From: Entomortierella parvispora E1425
Lineage: Eukaryota; Fungi; Mortierellomycota
Direction of reading: 5' to 3'
Length of the DNA: 64,000 nucleotides
Assembly: GCA_020891255.1 (NCBI GenBank)
Contig: BQFW01000008.1
Coordinates: 2,356,001 to 2,420,000 of the forward strand
Shown here: positions 58,600 to 64,000 of the stretch, piece after piece
How positions within the stretch are numbered: the stretch's first letter is position 1
How the letters are laid out: the number at the start of each line of letters is the position of its first letter
Notes under the pieces: model-generated
What the model saw: the letters and a program-made list of their open reading frames with translations, nothing else
Told to the model about the DNA's origin: nothing
Databases searched by the model: none
Made by a program: the position numbers and the translations under genes

Positions 58600-60147
58600 C
58601 GCGTTAACGCGATGGTCAAGTCACACCAGAGACTCAATTCAAGTCTTCTAATAAATTGGATATCCCAGTTGATTAAAAGCCACGTGTGGAGGAGGGGGGC
58701 TCGGATGGAGAGGTATTTAGCTGTCTTCTCCAAGAGGACATATCCAAACACGCATAACCTATTGTTGAGATGTTTCCAACAAGTGGATTTGTAGACCGCG
58801 TCAATACTACCCGGGCGAAAGTGAATGCTGTTCAAATAAAGGAACGTGCATTTCCTTTGTATATTCCTGTTTTCATGTTGATCGAGGTGTTTGCGAGATG
58901 CTTGTTGTTGCGAACGACGTGATTTTAATCATGGCATCACGGCGCCACATTCAGAGAGCACACAAGAGCGCGAGAGAGGGGAAGAACGCGACGTCAGTTT
59001 GGTTGCACAATCATGAATGTCAACCTGCCAGCAGGTTATTCCAAGCCGTGCATTCCGTGGGCTGCTACAATTTTTTGTGTCCAAAGTTGGACAGACACAT
59101 TGTTCTCCCCGTCCTTTCTCCACATCGTCGAAAGTATTGCTGTTTGCACACTCGTTTGCGGAAATTTGAGACCCAAAGTTTTTGATCGGTGAACTCTGAC
59201 TTGAATGCTACTTCATTATTGAGAATTAATAGTCCGGATCTCCACCACCGCCATTAGCGTCGCGCAGGTATTTCCTCTCAAGACAAAAACTTCGGACCAA
59301 TGGTGTCGATTTCGATGTCCCCCAGAGCCCACACACGTGGGTCATAGTGTACTTTGGATTTTCTGGGTTAAATGGAAAATGACAAGGCGAAGGAGGAAGC
59401 GCTTTTCGAAGAAACAATGCAGACTGTGAACGGAAGAATTTTTTTTTAAAAAAAGAAGAATAGGAGATCCGTTTCCGTTAACCGAACACGACCTCCACAG
59501 AAAGTGACAAGTTCGCCCAGGGCAGACTTGGCCATCTGGTGCGGTAATAGAAGTTGAAAGCGCCTGGACACTAAGTCGTTCTCTTGCTGGCCTGCTGGAT
59601 GAAGCAATGAACCAAACTTGCGGGTCATCCCTGTGGACCAGTTGGGCAATGTTTGTGTCCTTTGTGCCACGTTGTTGAGGCAAGACAATAGGAGAAAGTT
59701 ACTCTCTGAAATTCTTCGCCCTCAGCGCAGCTGTAATTGCAAACAGCCTTAGTCACCGCATTTCGAACTTGGGTCGAGATTGGACAAGGTTGAAAAGCAA
59801 CAAGGGGGCGCAGGTTTGCAGTAATGTGTTCCTGCTCTATGCGCCTTCCTTTCCTTGAGGCTTGCCAAGTGCTCTTTTTTTTTTTTTTTTTTTTTTTTTT
59901 GTTTTTTATTTTGCGGCCATCAACATCGAGAGCCTTTTTCTCCACAGACGGCCTGGCCAACCAGATCGTCAAGGCGACCATTGCTCAGTACGGCAAACTG
60001 TTTGAATTCAATTGCTTCTTCAAGAGAATCTACAACTGGAACCCCTCGATCCTGTTCGAAAAAGTGCAAGAACCTCGTTGGAAAAAAAGAGGTTTATTTC
60101 TGATGGCTGGTTTGCTTGAAATTGAGCGGGTGGGACAAGTTCGCTCA

Positions 60148-63100
60148 TCACCGCTTGCTTCCTCTGCCTTTCCCTTGCACAGTTGATCCGCTTTTTGTCA
60201 ACGATCCTTTGGCAGTTCCAGAGGGTCCTTTTGAGGAGGGGCCACCTTCACTGGATTCCACACCGACTTTTGCTGCCCGGGACGGTCGCTTTGCTGTGGA
60301 ACGTCCAGGTTTTGAGGAGCTTGCCTTTGCCAGAGATGGTTCACTATCATCCGCTGCCGCTATATTGGATGAAGTACTGCCAGCTCTGGTGAGTCGCCTC
60401 TTGCTTTCATTACTCACTGTACCTGTCGTCCAATCCCTGCTATTATCGTCGCCCGCGTTGGAATTTCTGTCTATTGCATCCTCTGCAGTTGGCTCAGAGG
60501 CAGGAAGAATGAGATGCCTAAGTGGGATACAGGTATGAAACGAGGGCATATCATCAGAACAAGACTTGAATGAAATAGATCCTGGAGAAATGATAGTGAA
60601 CTTACGGTTGAATTTCGACCGCCTGATTAAGGATGGCACTGAGAATGAACTCCTTTCGAACGACGGTGAATCCCTTTTGAATAAACTCCTGCGTCTCTGG
60701 GCAGTAGATATCGGGGCCAACAATGAAAAGCCGCCGATTACTCTTCTCGAGAGAGGGTGAAGTTGGCGGCTTGGCTACAATCTGGAGAGAGGACACAACC
60801 AAAAGAGGACACAACCAAAAGAGGCGAGAAGCTCAAATATCAGTAGACGAGCGGCAAGACAAAGGACAACATTTTTTTTTTTTTTTCCAAAACCGACAAC
60901 ATTTATCCCTTACCTTTCCTCCACAAACATTGACCATAGGTGCCACGTTCGTGCTGACATATTGCTTGCTCATAAATCCTTCCTGGCTACGATCTTTGTT
61001 CCTGCGATGTTGTCCGCTCTGTGTGATGAAATAAAAGGAATCGCCTCCAAAGAGACTGATACTGTTCGCCCTATTATCTTTTGCCATCTTGCACGTATTT
61101 TGTAGGTTGAAGTTGTATGCTTTTTCCATGGCTTCATCATAGAATGCGAAATCCTCCCCTATATACACCAAAATATTAGAATTGATTAGAACGGCAGCAG
61201 TGTACTCAATGGGATCAATACGTTCCAACTGTCTATCATACAAGGTAAAAATCGACCAATGTCCCCCGACTTTTCGATCCAATCGAGGGAGACAATAGGT
61301 ATGCACCGGACAATAGCACACATAAACTTGTACGTCCTCGAAGAAGCAGAATGCACCAGTATCGTCCCTTCTCTATAGTCATCTTTGTTCACGCCTCCCA
61401 ATCGAACAACAATATCGGCGTAACGTTTCTACAAACAATAAAAACGACAACAGAGAGTTAACTTATGTTTGAAGCATACGCCGTGTGAATGAGGAAGGCA
61501 AGATACCTTGTCGTCTTCTTCCAATTTAGGAGCACTGAAGAGTACAGCGAACTTGTTCATATCTATGTCCATGGTCGCGCGCCTCTGCAACATCCGGGAA
61601 GTGGGACGTACATTGGAGAGAGAACCAACTGACACGTCTGTTCTTTCACGCTTAATCTGCTTTGTTGGTTTGGGAGTATCTTCTTTCCCAGAATCAATAC
61701 CCAGGTCGTGCTTCGGTGACTCTGCCCTTGATGGACTTGAATGACTACTGTCCATGTCAAAATCTGGGCTGAGATTCCTCGAGGTGCCACCAGATCGCGG
61801 GCCAGTCTGCGAGACGGGAATTTGTGTCGATTCTACAACATCTAAACCGTGGTAGTCTCTCGTATCCCCGTCTTTTGTAGAATCTAAACCATCGTCCATA
61901 TATTCGTCCACAGCCGGTTCCAGTCGCGGTGAAGTTTGTCGTTGATTTATGACTTCTACAGGAGTTGATGGTATCCGGATATGTTGCTGGAGTCGCTCTG
62001 ATTCTGACATAGAGTACACCTGAGAACGGTCCTGAGAATTCTGTTCAAGTGATCCGCGGCGAGAGTGAGGAGCCGATGGAGCCGAATCAAGTTTTTCAGT
62101 TGGGAGCGGCTGCGTTGACCCCGCACCATCCGACAAAGAGTCAGGCACCTCGATTGTACCAGAAAGAGGGTTATCTTCAGAAGGTTCTAGTGACGATCCC
62201 TGTGGTGCCAGCAGTTGGGTGCTCTCAACTCGATCCGCATCTCTCGAATTTTGGCCGAGGGATGGCTCAGAGCCTGATGACAAGGAGCTGGTAAGCAATA
62301 ATGTCGGTTGATTTGTATCCAAGAGCTGTGTTGGGGCATCGGGGTCAAGATAATGTGACGACTGCGTAGAGCTTACAGGTAAAGTCAGTGCATCACTATC
62401 GTATTGATTCGATGTTGTGGAGGCAGCTTCAAAATTTGGGACATGGAGTGGTTGAGTAGCGCTGACAACCTGCGATGATGCCTCTGAATCTCGCTGGCTG
62501 GTTGACTGAATGTCCATACCAAGTTGGGTTTGTTGGACTACCTCGGTTGACACGCTGCCACTGATAAGTTGAGTCGGTGTGTCCTGATCAAGCAAGAGCT
62601 GGGGGTACATCTGTACAACCTGCGTGGGAGCATTGCGATCATAAGACTCTGCCGAGACAACCTGAGTCGGAGCATTGCGATCATACAACTCTGCTGAGGT
62701 TTTGGTGGCAGCTGGTGTTGGGGCCTTATGGTCAGGGAGCTCCAGTGAGTTATTGGCGACAACTAGCGTCGCTGCATTTCGGTCGAAAATTTGGGTGGGC
62801 ATGTCGTGACGAGGAACCGCAGCTGTGGTCTCTGTATCCCAAAAGCCGTCTATGGGAGCGGTGGCGTCGAGTCGATCAGGTTCTGTCCACGTTTCGGCAC
62901 GCGGCGTTGTAGATTCATCTTCAATTGGCTCATGCGGTAGGGCCATATCCCCGTATGGCAGTGTTGGGGCACACATGTCGTCAAATGGTACGTGCTGGCT
63001 CGAGGGGACAGTTAACTCCGAGGGCAGAATTCTTGTAGGTATCCGCAAAGAACGGAAGTCTTCTCCAATAACTGAATCCATCATTTCGCCGTCGTGGTTA

Positions 63101-64000
63101 ACATCCTCAAGAGACAGAGTCTGACCAACAGCCGATAAAGTGCACGGTATGGAGGAGTGTTCCTGCGTAGAATCACACTGACTGGAAGTCTGTAGACCAT
63201 TAAGTCCATCCTGATCAAACTCGGGATAATCTTTCCGGCTAGCAATCCTCCCCATTGTTTTTGTCCTGTAAAGGTTGGTCTTCCGTGCCTTAAGGACTCG
63301 ATCACTGATTATATGCTATAAGAAAAGGGCGGTATGACTGTGAGTGTCTTGACAATGGTTATCAATAGATGAGAGTTCAAACATGTCCCACGTACCCTGC
63401 GGTAATCACACTCTGAAGTCAATCGTTCAACTAGACAAGTTACGAGTCCCGCTAGTTTTAATATCTGATTCCCAAGGTTCATGTTCAGTTAGTATGCGGT
63501 TTTGTTATCAGCGGAAAGGAGTGCACTCATCATCCAGGCTCACTTACTCTTCCTACTGAAAACTCATAAAAACACCCTTGCTGCATTCGCATCCCGTGTA
63601 TGATAGAGGGCTCTTGATCCTAGTAAATGTCAAGAAGAGCCCTGCGGCTTTAGTTGCAACCTTTGGGCCTACAGCAGAGTCATTCGCCGTTTGGATTATT
63701 GTTGCATTATACCTCGCGCTTTGGTTCGTCCCGCACGAACGCAACTCCAACGTCATTGATATCTAGCAATGTGAATTCACATGGTCAATGGTTTCGCTTT
63801 CAATGTTTCAATCGTCAAGATGGGCATTAGCAGAAAGAGACGAAAAAGGTCATTTGCAATATACCAATTACGCAGTGGCAAGCCGAAATGAATGGCATTG
63901 GGAGCCATACGGTCGAGGTGTCAGGATTGCGACCGATAGTGTTGCTTCCAGGATAGAGGGGGTATGTGGTCTCGGGGCAGTCTCTGAATTTGCGGATGCG
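60148..64000 (-). CDS. MDC1: MDC1-like DNA-damage mediator: N-terminal FHA, TQ/SQ-repeat region, tandem BRCT, basic tail; start lies beyond the window end
   Basis: Exon 63865-64000 gives TYPLYPGSNTIGRNPDTSTVWLPMPFISACHCVI (FHA GR and SxxH). Phase-compatible exons lead into ORF 61429-63255. BRCT1 VLFSAP...RLGG...RTYKFMCAIVRCIPIVSLDWIEKS...FLPWEDFAFYDEAMEKAYNFNLQ and BRCT2 ...VNVCGGK...VVRKEFILSAILNQ parallel the MDC1 tandem BRCT. Confidence 0.8.

Noticed and set aside
59446-59688. Second BRCT pair on the minus strand (LGELVTFCGGRV resembles BRCT2)
   Set aside because: The MDC1-like frame ends in TGA TGA at 60148, and no consistent splice path into this segment was found. The similarity is only a few residues.
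1-64000. CRISPR arrays, rRNA and tRNA genes
   Set aside because: No repeat-spacer pattern. GTTCGA-type T-loop hits (e.g. ~8713, ~15080, ~56777) lack cloverleaf context, and most lie inside coding exons.
1-64000. U12-type (minor) introns
   Set aside because: RTATCCTT-like strings occur only inside exons, on the non-coding strand or mid-intron, not at intron 5' ends.

Overview
Intron-rich eukaryotic (fungal) genomic DNA. It is most consistent with an early-diverging fungus of the Mortierellaceae type, an inference from the FAD-monooxygenase, F-box/LRR and ML-domain family content and the intron style. No prokaryotic features, CRISPR array, rRNA or tRNA were found. Housekeeping genes: SMC1 3' end, mitochondrial IleRS, YEA4-type UDP-GlcNAc transporter, EMC1, MICOS Mic26/27, trifunctional HIS4, an SDR, and a five-exon RPA12 largely missed by the ORF track. 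Among them lie six intact paralogous FAD-dependent monooxygenase genes plus a nonsense-disrupted relic, with micro-exons and paralog-specific intron presence/absence. The window also holds a ~2,165-aa spliced His/Ala/Pro-rich repeat protein, a frameshifted XPG/FEN1-like PIN nuclease relic next to a FAR1/WRKY-GCM1-type zinc-finger gene, a RING protein, a large F-box/LRR protein and an ML-domain secreted protein. At the right edge is a spliced gene with full MDC1-like architecture (FHA + TQ-repeat cluster + tandem BRCT). All exon structures were inferred by eye from GT-AG sites and reading-frame continuity, and homologies were recognised from motifs without database searches.
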